A DNA stretch of 64,000 bases from an uncultured delta proteobacterium (GTDB taxonomy: Bacteria > Desulfobacterota > Desulfuromonadia > Desulfuromonadales > BM103), in assembly GCA_963715335.1 (NCBI GenBank), contig CAVQRZ010000023.1, positions 96,001 through 160,000 of the forward strand. The letters are read 5' to 3'. Of this stretch, positions 10,457-20,546 are shown piece by piece (position 1 is the first letter of the stretch; every line of letters starts with the position of its first letter). The position numbers were made by a program, and so were the translations under genes. The notes beneath the pieces are model-generated. The model ran no database searches and had not been told where the DNA came from. It was given only the letters and a program-made list of their open reading frames with translations.

Positions 10457-11809
10457 CTAAACCCGCTCAGCCAGCAGGACAGATTCATCCCAGGCGACCG
10501 GTTTGACCATAACACATTGGCCGACCATTGACTGGTCCCCATCAATGCGCACATCCAGATAATTCCTCGATATCCCCTTCATCAGGCCGTTTATGGAACC
10601 GGTCTCAACGATCACCTCGAGCTCTGCATTGATAAACCCTTCGGCAAAAAGCTTATATTTCCGTTCGGCAAGGCTTCTTAATTTCTCAGCCCTCCCCTTG
10701 CTGACCTTGCCCGGAACCTGGTTGCTCATGGTTGCAGCCTGAGTTCCCGGACGTTTGCTGAAGGGGAATACGTGCAGGTCCGTAATTGGCAAGCCTGCTA
10801 TAAAATCGTAAGCATCGTTAAATTCCTGATCAGTCTCTCCCGGGAAACCGGTGATCACGTCCAGACAGATCGCAGCGTTCGGCAAAGCTGCCCTGACCTT
10901 TTCAATCAACCTTGAGAAGAAATCCCGGTTATAGGTACGGCCCATGCGCTGCAGGACAGCATCGTTTCCGGCTTGCAAAGGAATGTGTAAGTGTGGGCAG
11001 ACAATTTTCGAATTGGTCACTGTTTCCAGCAGTTCGTCAGTCAGTTCAGTGGGCTCAATGGAACCGAGACGAAGGCGGTGTATGGTAGATTCTGACTCGA
11101 CCCGTCTAACGAGGCGGTGCAACGTTGAGGAAGGAACCAGATCCGCACCGTAGCCGCCGACATGAATACCGGTCAGAACCACCTCCCGAAATCCGGAGTC
11201 CGCCAGTCCGTTGATCTGCTCGAGGACTTCATGCTCCGGTGCGGATCGACTGGCACCGCGAGCATACGGGATGATGCAATAGCTACAGAACGCGTCGCAG
11301 CCATTCTGGATCTGGACAAAAGCCCGGCTGCGTCCGGCAAAGGATATTGATGCCGGAAGACAGACTGATTCAGCCTGTCGGATGTCTGAGACTTCCACCA
11401 GGGTTGACGGGTAATCCTGCTGAAGAAAATCGAGCAGGCGCTGTTTTTCTTCGTTGCCAATCACCAGGCTCACACCGGGTAGATCGTGCAAGGCGTCCGG
11501 GTCGACCTGGGCGTAGCATCCCGTCACAATCACCCGGCATTCGGCATTCTGTCGCCGCGCCCGACGAATCAGGTTGCGCGACTGGGCATCGGTCGCACTG
11601 GTCACTGTGCAGGTATTGACGACTACCAGGTCAGCACCATCCTCAAAACGAACAATCCGGTAACCAGCCCCCTGTAAGGCCTCCTGCATCGCGGCAGACT
11701 CGAACTGGTTGGTTTTGCAGCCTAGCGTCGCAAACGATACCGTTTGTGAAGACGGGACGCGGGACGCAGGACGCGGGACGCGACTGTTGTCTTTATCGGG
11801 AGTAGTCAT
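10457..11809 (-). CDS. mtaB: tRNA t6A37 methylthiotransferase
   Basis: TLGCKTNQFES, NTCTVT, IQNGCDAFCSYC, VVLTGIH, GFPGET. Confidence 0.93.
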   Translation of the reverse strand: MTTPDKDNSRVPRPASRVPSSQTVSFATLGCKTNQFESAAMQEALQGAGYRIVRFEDGADLVVVNTCTVTSATDAQSRNLIRRARRQNAECRVIVTGCYAQVDPDALHDLPGVSLVIGNEEKQRLLDFLQQDYPSTLVEVSDIRQAESVCLPASISFAGRSRAFVQIQNGCDAFCSYCIIPYARGASRSAPEHEVLEQINGLADSGFREVVLTGIHVGGYGADLVPSSTLHRLVRRVESESTIHRLRLGSIEPTELTDELLETVTNSKIVCPHLHIPLQAGNDAVLQRMGRTYNRDFFSRLIEKVRAALPNAAICLDVITGFPGETDQEFNDAYDFIAGLPITDLHVFPFSKRPGTQAATMSNQVPGKVSKGRAEKLRSLAERKYKLFAEGFINAELEVIVETGSINGLMKGISRNYLDVRIDGDQSMVGQCVMVKPVAWDESVLLAERV

Positions 11810-11859
11810 AATGTCTGTTGAATTACCTTAAACTTCACTATCGGAAAACAAGAGGCCAG

Positions 11860-12993
11860 TTATTTGGTTTCCGCGTACCGCGTACCGCATTCCTCGTCCC
11901 GCGTCGCGGAGTTGCTGATCCAACCGCCACCAATCACCCGATCATCATCGTAAAACACCGCAGCCTGGCCTGGTGTCACACCGTTTTGCGGTTCGTCGAA
12001 ATCGACCCGCACCGTACCATCGTCCATGGCTGTGATCTTCGATGGAACCTCCTGATGACGATAGCGGATGCGACAGGCCGCCTCGAGTGTTCCGGTCGGA
12101 GGATCAATGAACCAGTTGACATCAGAAACAAGACATTGCGAAACACTGAGGTGCCGTTTTTCACCAACAATGACCTGGCGTTTGGCCGCATCGATACCAA
12201 CGACATAAAGCGGTTGCGGCCACGCGAGCCCCAGTCCGCGGCGCTGACCGATCGTGTATCGATATGTCCCCTGATGCCTGCCGAGGACCTGGCCATCGAT
12301 GTGGACGATCTCGCCGTTCATCGTCCCGGGGCCACGCTGTTCTTCAAGGAACCGGACGTAATTGCCATCGGGGACGAAACAGATGTCCTGACTCTCCGGT
12401 TTTTCAGCGACCTGCAAACCAAGTCGCACAGCGTGGTCGCGTACCTCATTCTTGGTCATGCCGCCGAGCGGGAAACGGACATACCGCATCTGTTCCCCGG
12501 TCAGCGTGAAGAGAAAATAAGTCTGGTCCTTGTTGCGGTCATGCCCTTTCCTGAGAACCATGCGACCATCTTCTTCGACCAGTTGGGCATAATGCCCGGT
12601 AACCAGGTAATCAGCCTGCAGCTCTCGAGCCCTGCGCAGCAATATCTCGAACTTGAGCAGCTGGTTGCAAAGCACACAAGGGTTGGGCGTACGACCGTTG
12701 AAGTAGTCATCACAGAAGCGGTCGATGACTGCCGCTTCAAACTGTTTTTCAAAATTGACGACATAAAAGGGTATGCCGAGAGACTCGGCCACCCGGCGGG
12801 CATCGTAGACATCGTCGAGAGAGCAGCAGGTGCCGAACTTTTCGCCGTGCTCCGCGGTAAAGCCGGAATAGTCCCAGATCTGCATGGTCATGCCGATCAC
12901 CTCACAGCCCTGCTCCTTGAGTAAAGCAGCAGCAACCGAGGAATCTACCCCGCCGCTCATGGCAACGACGACTCTTTTGCCTGGTTCAATCAT
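11860..12993 (-). CDS. mnmA: tRNA 2-thiouridylase
   Basis: [53 protein letters not shown]. Confidence 0.97.
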   Translation of the reverse strand: MIEPGKRVVVAMSGGVDSSVAAALLKEQGCEVIGMTMQIWDYSGFTAEHGEKFGTCCSLDDVYDARRVAESLGIPFYVVNFEKQFEAAVIDRFCDDYFNGRTPNPCVLCNQLLKFEILLRRARELQADYLVTGHYAQLVEEDGRMVLRKGHDRNKDQTYFLFTLTGEQMRYVRFPLGGMTKNEVRDHAVRLGLQVAEKPESQDICFVPDGNYVRFLEEQRGPGTMNGEIVHIDGQVLGRHQGTYRYTIGQRRGLGLAWPQPLYVVGIDAAKRQVIVGEKRHLSVSQCLVSDVNWFIDPPTGTLEAACRIRYRHQEVPSKITAMDDGTVRVDFDEPQNGVTPGQAAVFYDDDRVIGGGWISNSATRDEECGTRYAETK

Positions 12994-13105
12994 GTCAGAT
13001 CTGTACGAACACTCACGGGAATGATCAATAGGTAATATTCGTCCATAAGGAATTCAGAATACAGTATCCAGTATCAAGAAGAAAACCTAAAGTATAGGGT
13101 CTATA

Positions 13106-13154
13106 GGCTTCCGGCTTCTGGCTTCTGGCTTCTGGCTTCTGGATTCTGAATTCT
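13106..13154 (+). repeat. Heptamer tandem repeat (GGCTTCT), ~7 units, degenerate at the ends
   Basis: GGCTTCC, then GGCTTCT x4, GGATTCT, GAATTCT; a roughly complementary arm lies at 13049-13080. Confidence 0.85.
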
Positions 13155-13226
13155 CGGATACCCAACAAAGAAAGGGCATCCAAAAGATGCCCTCCTTTAC
13201 TTCAAGTCGATTCTTCGAAATGAGCT

Positions 13227-13595
13227 CTAACCATTCTGTTCTTTATAGTTTTTAATGGCCTCGTGCAAGGCATCTGCGGCCAGGTTCGAACAATGCATCT
13301 TCTGCGCCGGCAACCCGTCGAGGGCCTCAGCAACCGCCTGGTTACTGAGCTCAAGCGCCTCATCGATCGTCTTGCCAATCGCCATCTCCGTAACCATTGA
13401 AGATGTGGCAATGGCCGCGCCACAGCCAAAGGTCTTGAACTTCACATCTTGAATGACGTTGTTTTCGACCTTGAGAAAAATTTTCATGATGTCGCCGCAG
13501 GAGGCATTACCCACCTCGCCCACGCCGTTGGCATCTGTTATTTCACCCACATTGCGCGGGTTGGTAAAATGGTCCATTACTTTATCTGTGTACAT
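13227..13595 (-). CDS. iscU: Fe-S cluster scaffold IscU/NifU-N
   Basis: DHFTNPRNVG, CGDIM, FKTFGCGAAIA, KMHCSNLA. Confidence 0.95.
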   Translation of the reverse strand: MYTDKVMDHFTNPRNVGEITDANGVGEVGNASCGDIMKIFLKVENNVIQDVKFKTFGCGAAIATSSMVTEMAIGKTIDEALELSNQAVAEALDGLPAQKMHCSNLAADALHEAIKNYKEQNG

Positions 13596-13710
13596 GTCGA
13601 CTCCTTAATATTCACTGAAGACTTTCAACAGTCTGCCTTTAAAAAACGAGAAGTGCGAAGTGCGAGGTGCGAAAGGTCTTTTCGGGCTTCGCGCCACTCG
13701 CCTCGCGTTC

Positions 13711-14925
13711 CTAAATTCTCCTCACCGTTTCACAGGTCTCGCACCCTTCCGGAGTTTTTCCACAGTTATACAGGGGGCTCATATCGCGGAGACGCTGCAC
13801 GGTAGCCGGCAAGACCTCCAGGACCTTGTTAATCTCTGCCTCTGTGGTTTCAGGGCCGAGACTGAAACGCGTACTCGAGTGTGCCAGGGTCACTTCGACG
13901 CACATAGCTCCCATGACATGGGATGGCTCCAGGGAACCGGAAGTGCATGCAGAACCTGACGACGCTGCAATGCCAAACATGTCGAGGTTGAGGAGCAGTG
14001 ACTCTCCCTCAATGTATGCGAAGCTGACATTCAGGGTGTTCGGCAGGCGCTTGTCACGATCAGGCGTTCCGTTCAGCTTGATGTCCGGGACCTGACTGAG
14101 GACGCCATCTTCCAGGCGGTCACGCAGTGTGCGGACACGGCGGGAACAGGTTTCGAGTTCGGCGGAAGCCAGTTCACAGGCCTTGCCCAGCCCCACGATA
14201 CCGGCAACATTCTGAGTTCCGGCACGCCGGTTGCGTTCCTGGTGGCCGCCATGGATCAGAGCGGACATCCGCGTGCCGCGTCGCACATAGATTGCGCCAA
14301 CCCCTTTTGGTGCGCCAATTTTGTGGCCAGAAATCACCAGCAGGTCGACATTGGCTTGCTGCACGTCAACCGGGATCTTGCCGACAGCCTGTACCGCATC
14401 GGTATGAAACCGGATGTTGTACTTCCTGGCGATTCGGCCGATCTCCTCGACCGGATAAATGTTGCCGGTCTCATTGTTGGCCCACATCACCGATATCAGT
14501 ATGGTTTTGTCAGTAATTGCAGCTTCCAGGTCAGCAAGATCGAGCATGCCGTCCTTGTCTACCGGCAGGTAGCTCACAGCATAGCCCTGCTTTTCGAGAT
14601 ACTGACAGGTTTCAAGGACTGCAGGATGTTCTATCGCTGTTGTAATGATATGGTTGCCTTTTTCTTTCAGGGCATCCAGCGTTCCCTTGATAGCCATGTT
14701 GTCACCCTCGCTGCCACAGGAGACAAAGACTATCTCGGCGGCCGAGGCGTTGATCAACGCGGCAACCTGCTCACGCGCCTTCTCCAGGGCACCGGAGACC
14801 TGCCGTCCCGCCCAGTGAACGCTGGAAGGGTTGCCGAACTGTTCGCGGTAAAAAGGCAACATCACCTCCAGGACCTCTGGCCTGACCGGTGATGTGGCGT
14901 TGTAATCTAGATAAATGTTGCCCAA
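13711..14925 (-). CDS. iscS: Cysteine desulfurase
   Basis: IYLDYNATS, GNPSS, HTDAVQ, SGHKIG, SSGSACTS. TTG start chosen because GGAGG lies just upstream. Confidence 0.95.
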   Translation of the reverse strand: MGNIYLDYNATSPVRPEVLEVMLPFYREQFGNPSSVHWAGRQVSGALEKAREQVAALINASAAEIVFVSCGSEGDNMAIKGTLDALKEKGNHIITTAIEHPAVLETCQYLEKQGYAVSYLPVDKDGMLDLADLEAAITDKTILISVMWANNETGNIYPVEEIGRIARKYNIRFHTDAVQAVGKIPVDVQQANVDLLVISGHKIGAPKGVGAIYVRRGTRMSALIHGGHQERNRRAGTQNVAGIVGLGKACELASAELETCSRRVRTLRDRLEDGVLSQVPDIKLNGTPDRDKRLPNTLNVSFAYIEGESLLLNLDMFGIAASSGSACTSGSLEPSHVMGAMCVEVTLAHSSTRFSLGPETTEAEINKVLEVLPATVQRLRDMSPLYNCGKTPEGCETCETVRRI

Positions 14926-14949
14926 TTCCCTGTCCTCCACTTACAAAAT

Positions 14950-15387
14950 TTAATGGCTACCTTTTGTTTCCTTGAACTTGCCCCTTGCTTCCTGGGTCAA
15001 CTCTTCGAGAGTGATCGAGGCAAGGAAGTCGCGGATCTTCTCACCCAACCCATGCCAGACATTATGTGTGACGCAATGGTCATCACAAACGCAACCGCGC
15101 TTCTGGTCCATGCAGGCGACCGGGACCAGAGATTCCTCGACACTGTCGATGATCTCATCGACCTGAATCTCCCGCGCAGGTCTGGCCAGGAGATATCCTC
15201 CTCCAGGACCGCGAACACTTTTTACGATCTTGCCGCGGCGTAATTTAACAAAAAGCTGTTCAAGGTAAGTCAATGAAATACTCTCTCGCAGAGAGATATC
15301 GCGCAGGGATACCGGTGAGCCTTCGGAATAAAGATTCAGATTTACCATGGCCCGCACGGCGTACTGTGCTTTGGTGGACATTCGCAT
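14950..15387 (-). CDS. iscR: Rrf2-family regulator IscR
   Basis: STKAQYAVRAM, YLEQLF, SVRGPGGGY, Cys cluster CMDQKRGCVCDDHCVTH. Confidence 0.9.
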   Translation of the reverse strand: MRMSTKAQYAVRAMVNLNLYSEGSPVSLRDISLRESISLTYLEQLFVKLRRGKIVKSVRGPGGGYLLARPAREIQVDEIIDSVEESLVPVACMDQKRGCVCDDHCVTHNVWHGLGEKIRDFLASITLEELTQEARGKFKETKGSH

Positions 15388-15389
15388 GT

Positions 15390-16187
15390 TTACGCCTCGG
15401 TTTTTTCCTTTTTACGAGAATCCGTCGGGCTCGCGACTGATTTTGCCGCAGCGCTCCTGGTCGACGCAGCGCGTTTGACGGTCTTTTTCACAGCAGGTTT
15501 TGCTTGCGTCTCTCCAAGGCGGGACGTCAGGTCTTCAACTTTCTTTTCCAGAGCTCTAATTTGATCAAACAGGCAGCTGATCGCCTTGGCTTCGGGGTCG
15601 GGCAGATTGCCATGTTCGAGGTCGGGGCGTTGTTCCTCATCGACAACCTTCTTTTCCTGCTGCATCACGACCCGACCGGGGATGCCAACCACCGTGGCAT
15701 TCTGCGGTACTTCCTTGACGACGACCGAATTGGAACCGATCTTGGCACCCTTGCCGACGGTGAACGGGCCGAGAACTTTCGAACCGGACCCGATCACGAC
15801 ATTATCCTCGACAGTCGGATGACGCTTGACCTTGTCCCAGGTCACGCCGCCGAGAGTTACGCCATGATAAATGGTAACATTATCACCGATTTCGGCTGTT
15901 TCGCCGATGACCACGCCCATGCCGTGATCGATAAAGAACTTCTTGCCGATCTTTGCCCCGGGATGGATCTCGATGCCGGTGAAAAAACGTCCCAGGTGAG
16001 AGGTTAACCGGCCAAGGAAGTAAAGCTCGTGGGTCCAGAGCCAGTGTGCGACGCGGTAAAACCAGACCGCGTGCAATCCTGGGTAACAGAAAATGATCTC
16101 CAGGACACCACGCGCCGCAGGATCACGGTCAAAAACTGAATAAATATCCTCGCGAATTTTATCGAACACTTGCAGTATCTCCTCCAC
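15390..16187 (-). CDS. cysE: Serine O-acetyltransferase
   Basis: [39 protein letters not shown]. Confidence 0.96.
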   Translation of the reverse strand: MEEILQVFDKIREDIYSVFDRDPAARGVLEIIFCYPGLHAVWFYRVAHWLWTHELYFLGRLTSHLGRFFTGIEIHPGAKIGKKFFIDHGMGVVIGETAEIGDNVTIYHGVTLGGVTWDKVKRHPTVEDNVVIGSGSKVLGPFTVGKGAKIGSNSVVVKEVPQNATVVGIPGRVVMQQEKKVVDEEQRPDLEHGNLPDPEAKAISCLFDQIRALEKKVEDLTSRLGETQAKPAVKKTVKRAASTRSAAAKSVASPTDSRKKEKTEA

Positions 16188-16244
16188 ACCCCATCAGACA
16201 TGATTCGAGTTACATTATAAAAACACCGGCGAAACATCAGCCGG

Positions 16245-16293
16245 TTACCGAGCATGGTCTAGGGATAGCATACCTGAGTAAAACTGTCAATTA
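16245..16293 (-). promoter_or_regulatory. Putative IscR type-1 operator(s) upstream of cysE-iscR-iscS-iscU
   Basis: Minus strand TAATTGACAGTTTTACTCAGGTAT (16293-16270) resembles the IscR type-1 box of enterobacterial iscR promoters. A weaker second copy lies at 16267-16245. Confidence 0.6.
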
Positions 16294-16369
16294 ATTTAGA
16301 TGAAGGAATCGGATAAAAAAGGACCACTGAAAAAATCGCAGAGAAGAAAAGTTTCTCCGCGTATATACG

Positions 16370-17878
16370 TTACAAAAACAGCTGGTAGGCCTGGTTGCGA
16401 GTCTCTTCGACATACCGGTAACCGAGATTTTCAAGGAAGGCCTGCAGCTGCGGCTCCTGCCCTTTTGGTATTTCCAGGCCAACCAGGACCCTGCCAAAAT
16501 CACCACCCTGTGTGCGATAGTGGAACAATGAGATATTCCAGTCTGCGCCCATTGATGCGAGGAACCGTGCCAAAGCACCGGGCCGTTCAGGGAACCAGAA
16601 GCGGAACAAGCGCTCCCCGGTCACGTCAGGAGAACGACCGCCGACCATATAACGAACATGGGTCTTGGCCAGTTCGTCGTCAGTCAGGTCGATGCTTTCA
16701 AAACCTTGCTGCGTCAATTGCTCGCGAAAGGCCTGGCGCTTTTTATCGCCATCAATGGCTATACCGACAAAGATATAAGCCGATTCACGACCAGACAGGC
16801 GATAGTTGAACTCGGTAATATTCCTGTCACCGACAACTTCACGGCAAAAACGGAACAACGCTCCGGGTTCCTCCGGAATGGTGACAGCAAATAACGCTTC
16901 CTGTTTCTCGCCGATCAGGGTGCGTTCAGCCACATAGCGCAGGCGATCGAAATTCATGTTGGCGCCCGAATTGATCGCGACCAGCGACTGACCAGTCACT
17001 CCTTTGTCGCGTACATATTTTTTCAACCCCGCAACAGCAAGGGCTCCGGCCGGCTCAACGATTGAGCGGGTGGCCTGGTAAACACTCTTCACCGCACTAC
17101 AGATTTCATCCACATCGACCAGGATAATCTCATCGACATGCCGGCGACAGATATCGAACGTCAGTTTACCAACCTCGCGTACGGCAACGCCGTCAGCGAA
17201 GATCCCGACTGAATCGAGTTTGACGCGACGGCCGGCGGCCAGCGAGCGGGCCATGGCGTCACTGTCGACAGGCTCGACTCCAATCACCCTGATATCCGGG
17301 CAAAGCTCTTTGAGAAACAACGATACGCCTGCAAGCAGTCCGCCACCACCGACCGGGACAAAAACCGCATCGATCCGGCCGGCGCTCTGGCGAAGGAGCT
17401 CATCGGCAACTGTCCCCTGCCCTGCGATAACCAGTTCGTCGTCGAACGGCGGGATGAAGACCATACCGGACTGCGCGACCAGGGAGTCACAATGTTCAGC
17501 AGCTTCCGAGTAGTTGTCGCCAAACAGAACCACCTTGACGCCAAACGCCTTAACTGCTGCAACCTTGATGGCAGGGGTCGTCACCGGCATCACGATGGTT
17601 GTGTCAATCCCGAGCTTCTGGCCTGAGAAAGCGACGCCCTGGGCATGGTTGCCGGCTGAAGCCGTAATGATGCCCAAAGCTCTTTCTGCATCGCTTAAGT
17701 TGGCGATTCGATTATAGGCGCCACGAATTTTGAAAGAGAAGACTGGCTGCAGGTCCTCACGCTTGAGCAGCACGCGATTGTTCAGCAATTGGGACAGGTA
17801 GGCCGACTCCTCGAGGGGGGTCTCAATGGCAGCCTCATAGACCTTGGATGTCAGAATTTGTTTGAATAATTTATGCAT
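16370..17878 (-). CDS. ilvA: Threonine dehydratase, biosynthetic
   Basis: KREDLQPVFSFKIRGAYN, ASAGNHAQG, VGGGGL, two C-terminal regulatory repeats. Start trimmed to MHKLFK. Confidence 0.96.
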   Translation of the reverse strand: MHKLFKQILTSKVYEAAIETPLEESAYLSQLLNNRVLLKREDLQPVFSFKIRGAYNRIANLSDAERALGIITASAGNHAQGVAFSGQKLGIDTTIVMPVTTPAIKVAAVKAFGVKVVLFGDNYSEAAEHCDSLVAQSGMVFIPPFDDELVIAGQGTVADELLRQSAGRIDAVFVPVGGGGLLAGVSLFLKELCPDIRVIGVEPVDSDAMARSLAAGRRVKLDSVGIFADGVAVREVGKLTFDICRRHVDEIILVDVDEICSAVKSVYQATRSIVEPAGALAVAGLKKYVRDKGVTGQSLVAINSGANMNFDRLRYVAERTLIGEKQEALFAVTIPEEPGALFRFCREVVGDRNITEFNYRLSGRESAYIFVGIAIDGDKKRQAFREQLTQQGFESIDLTDDELAKTHVRYMVGGRSPDVTGERLFRFWFPERPGALARFLASMGADWNISLFHYRTQGGDFGRVLVGLEIPKGQEPQLQAFLENLGYRYVEETRNQAYQLFL

Positions 17879-18062
17879 GCAGGGATTCTGCCACGAAGAC
17901 CTGGAGAGACAAAGAAAAAACTGGCAGATTCGTCGTCCGTTAACGAACATAAGCCAATAATTTACAGCTTCTTTGCCAGGCTTCGCCATGACCCAGGATC
18001 GTAGGGCCAATAATGACAAGTGCCCGCCAGAAACAGAAGATTATTTCCACTTAATGATCGAC

Positions 18063-18076
18063 AACTGTATACAGTT
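18063..18076. promoter_or_regulatory. Perfect 14-bp palindrome AACTGTATACAGTT upstream of fumarase
   Basis: Seen directly; the TGTATACA core is typical of GntR/FadR-family operators. Confidence 0.5.
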
Positions 18077-18158
18077 TCGCTATACTTCAAAATCTGATTC
18101 TATCCGGGGTTCAGTCCTCCGGAGCATATATTTATTGACGTCATAAAGGAGAGAGATC

Positions 18159-19781
18159 ATGCCGGAATTCTTTTACCAGAACCCGTATCCCGTCGGTGCA
18201 GACAAGACCAGCTACTACAAGGTCGAAGGTTCGGAGAAGTATGTCTCCGTCGAAAGCTTCAATGGTCGGGATGTCCTCAAGGTCGATCCGGAAGCACTGA
18301 CTGTGTTGTCCAGCATTGCCATGAAGGATGTGTCCTTTCTGCTGCGCAAGGAGCACAACGAGCAAGTCGCCAAGATTCTGATGGACCCCGAAGCCTCCCG
18401 TAACGACAAGGGTGTGGCGATGGCATTCCTGCGCAACGCCATGGTTTCGGCCCAGTTCGAACTGCCGACCTGCCAGGACACCGGCACGGCAACTATCGTT
18501 GCCAAAAAAGGTCAACAGGTCTGGACCGGTGTTAACGATGCGGAATATCTTTCCAAGGGGGTTTTCAAGACTTACACCGAAGAGAACCTGCGCTACAGCC
18601 AGACCGTGGCCCTTGATATGTACGAAGAGAAGAACACCGGCACCAACCTGCCGGCGCAGATCGACCTTTACGCCACAGAGGGTGACGCCTACAAGTTCCT
18701 GTTCGTAGCAAAAGGTGGCGGTTCCGCCAACAAGAGCATGCTCTATCAGGAGACCAAGGCGCTGCTCACCCCGGAGAAGCTCTTTGACTATCTGGTCGCC
18801 AAGATGAAAACTCTCGGCACCGCAGCCTGCCCTCCTTACCATCTCGCCTTCGTCATCGGCGGGACCTCGGCCGACGCAGTCATGAAGACCGTCAAGCTGG
18901 CGACTGCCAAGGAACTCGACAATCTGCCGACGGTCGGCAACGATCACGGCCAGGCCTTCCGTGATATCGAGCTGGAGAAGAAACTGCAGAAAGCTGCCCA
19001 GGACCTCGGCATCGGTGCCCAGTTCGGCGGCAAGTACTTTACCCACGATGTCCGCGTCATCCGCCTGCCCCGCCACGGCGCATCCTGCCCGCTCGGCATG
19101 GCGGTTTCCTGCTCGGCTGACCGCAACATCAAGGCCAAGATCACCAGAGACGGCCTGTTTGTCGAAGAGATGGACCGCGATCCGGGCCGCCTGCTCCCCG
19201 AGCAGTATCGTATGGCCAAGCATGAGCATGGTCACAAGGTCGACCTCAACCAGCCGATGGAAGCCATCCTCGCCGAGTTGACCAAGCTCAAGTGCGGCGA
19301 CGCCCTGTTGCTCAACGGCACCATCGTGGTCGGTCGCGACATCGCCCATGCCAAGTTCAAAGAGATCCTCGACAGCGGCAAACCATTGCCCGACTACCTG
19401 AAAAAACACCCGATTTACTACGCCGGACCGGCCAAGACCCCTGCCGGCAAACCATCAGGCTCCTTCGGCCCGACTACGGCCGGCCGGATGGACTCTTACG
19501 TCGGCCTGTTACAGGAGAACGGCGGCTCAATGGTCATGATCGCCAAGGGCAATCGCTCGCAGCAGGTCACTGATGCCTGCAAGAAATTCGGTGGCTTCTA
19601 CCTCGGCTCCATCGGCGGCCCGGCCGCCTTGCTCGCCGAAGAAAACATCAAGAAGGTCGAGTGCATCGACTTCCCCGAACTCGGCATGGAAGCTGTCTGG
19701 CAGATCGACGTCGTCAATTTCCCGGCATTCATCCTGGTTGATGATAAGGGTAACGACTTCTTCAAGCAGTTGGGTCTGTAA
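18159..19781 (+). CDS. fumA: Class I (Fe-S) fumarate hydratase
   Basis: [39 protein letters not shown]. Confidence 0.95.
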   Translation: MPEFFYQNPYPVGADKTSYYKVEGSEKYVSVESFNGRDVLKVDPEALTVLSSIAMKDVSFLLRKEHNEQVAKILMDPEASRNDKGVAMAFLRNAMVSAQFELPTCQDTGTATIVAKKGQQVWTGVNDAEYLSKGVFKTYTEENLRYSQTVALDMYEEKNTGTNLPAQIDLYATEGDAYKFLFVAKGGGSANKSMLYQETKALLTPEKLFDYLVAKMKTLGTAACPPYHLAFVIGGTSADAVMKTVKLATAKELDNLPTVGNDHGQAFRDIELEKKLQKAAQDLGIGAQFGGKYFTHDVRVIRLPRHGASCPLGMAVSCSADRNIKAKITRDGLFVEEMDRDPGRLLPEQYRMAKHEHGHKVDLNQPMEAILAELTKLKCGDALLLNGTIVVGRDIAHAKFKEILDSGKPLPDYLKKHPIYYAGPAKTPAGKPSGSFGPTTAGRMDSYVGLLQENGGSMVMIAKGNRSQQVTDACKKFGGFYLGSIGGPAALLAEENIKKVECIDFPELGMEAVWQIDVVNFPAFILVDDKGNDFFKQLGL

Positions 19782-19790
19782 ATCAGCCAA

Positions 19791-19866
19791 CAAAAAGCCC
19801 CGGGGATTTCCCGGGGCTCAGATTGTTGACGAACCCTGCACGTGATGCGGGGTTCGTTTTTTTTTG
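19791..19866 (+). terminator. Tandem hairpins / intrinsic terminator after fumarase
   Basis: AGCCCCGGG-GATTT-CCCGGGGCT and ACGAACCCTGCA-CGTGA-TGCGGGGTTCGT followed by a T-run. Confidence 0.8.
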
Positions 19867-19894
19867 CCTGTCAGGTGGAGTATTTATGAAGTTT

Positions 19895-20445
19895 AGGGCA
19901 ACAGATGGTTAATCTGTTGCCCTCGTTCTCTTATTTGAGATCCAAACACAAAAGTTGAAGAACAAAACCGTCGGGGTTGCCCGACAGCAACTTCATTTTC
20001 TTTGTAGCGACAAAGAAAGGAAGCAAAAGAAAGCTTGGCGCTACGCTGGGCATGTCTGGCTCGGCAGGGCGGCGACCTCAATGCAGAACGTTCTAAACGA
20101 TCAAGAGTCTACGCTTCACCCGCAGGAGCCGAGGCTCTTGAGAGCCTCTCCTGCTGTGGAGACTTGCGTTGATAGAGGTTGTTTTGGCTTTTCCCTGGTA
20201 GATCACACGGCAAGGTCAGGCCCTTTGACACAGGGCCGGATCACCATCACAGCGGGTTCTTGAAGTCACAGACATCCGGCAAAGGAGATGCCCTCCGCAA
20301 GGAGAAGGCACTTTTGCATACTTTTGTTGCCGGACAAAAGTATGGCGTCGGGCGGGACGCGACCCGCCGGTTTTGCTTTTAAGCTTTTCAAGAAAAGCAA
20401 AAAGGGCAACAGATTAACCATCTGCTGCCCTCTCTATCATGAATT
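19895..20445. repeat. Dispersed structured non-coding element, copy 1 (MITE/REP-like or ncRNA)
   Basis: Aligns along its length with 45948-46470. Bounded by inverted palindromes GGGCAACAGAT-GGTTA-ATCTGTTGCCC and GGGCAACAGATTAACCATCTGCTGCCC. Confidence 0.85.
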
Positions 20446-20546
20446 CAGGTTAAACTTTTACAGCAGCCCCGCCCCGGGGGTTTCCGGGTGTTTTTAATTT
20501 CATGGCGGCGAAGAGAAGACTATTGAGAGAAGACAAGCTGAGATAC

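Noticed and set aside
17879..18019. N-terminal extension of IlvA (also the extended ORF starts of the ABC exporter, GspE, GDH, PPIase and flavin reductase)
   Set aside because: These are longest-ORF artefacts. Recognisable domains and, in most cases, RBS signals begin at downstream starts.
18141..19409. Long antisense ORFs (also 3460-4407, 11818-12924, 56528-57520 and others)
   Set aside because: They are shadows of well-supported genes in GC-rich DNA and have no recognisable motifs.
19893..20497. Short ORFs (62-102 aa) inside repeat copy 1, and 45972-46710 in copy 2
   Set aside because: Frames are not conserved between copies, no protein motifs are present, and conservation follows base-pairing rather than codons.
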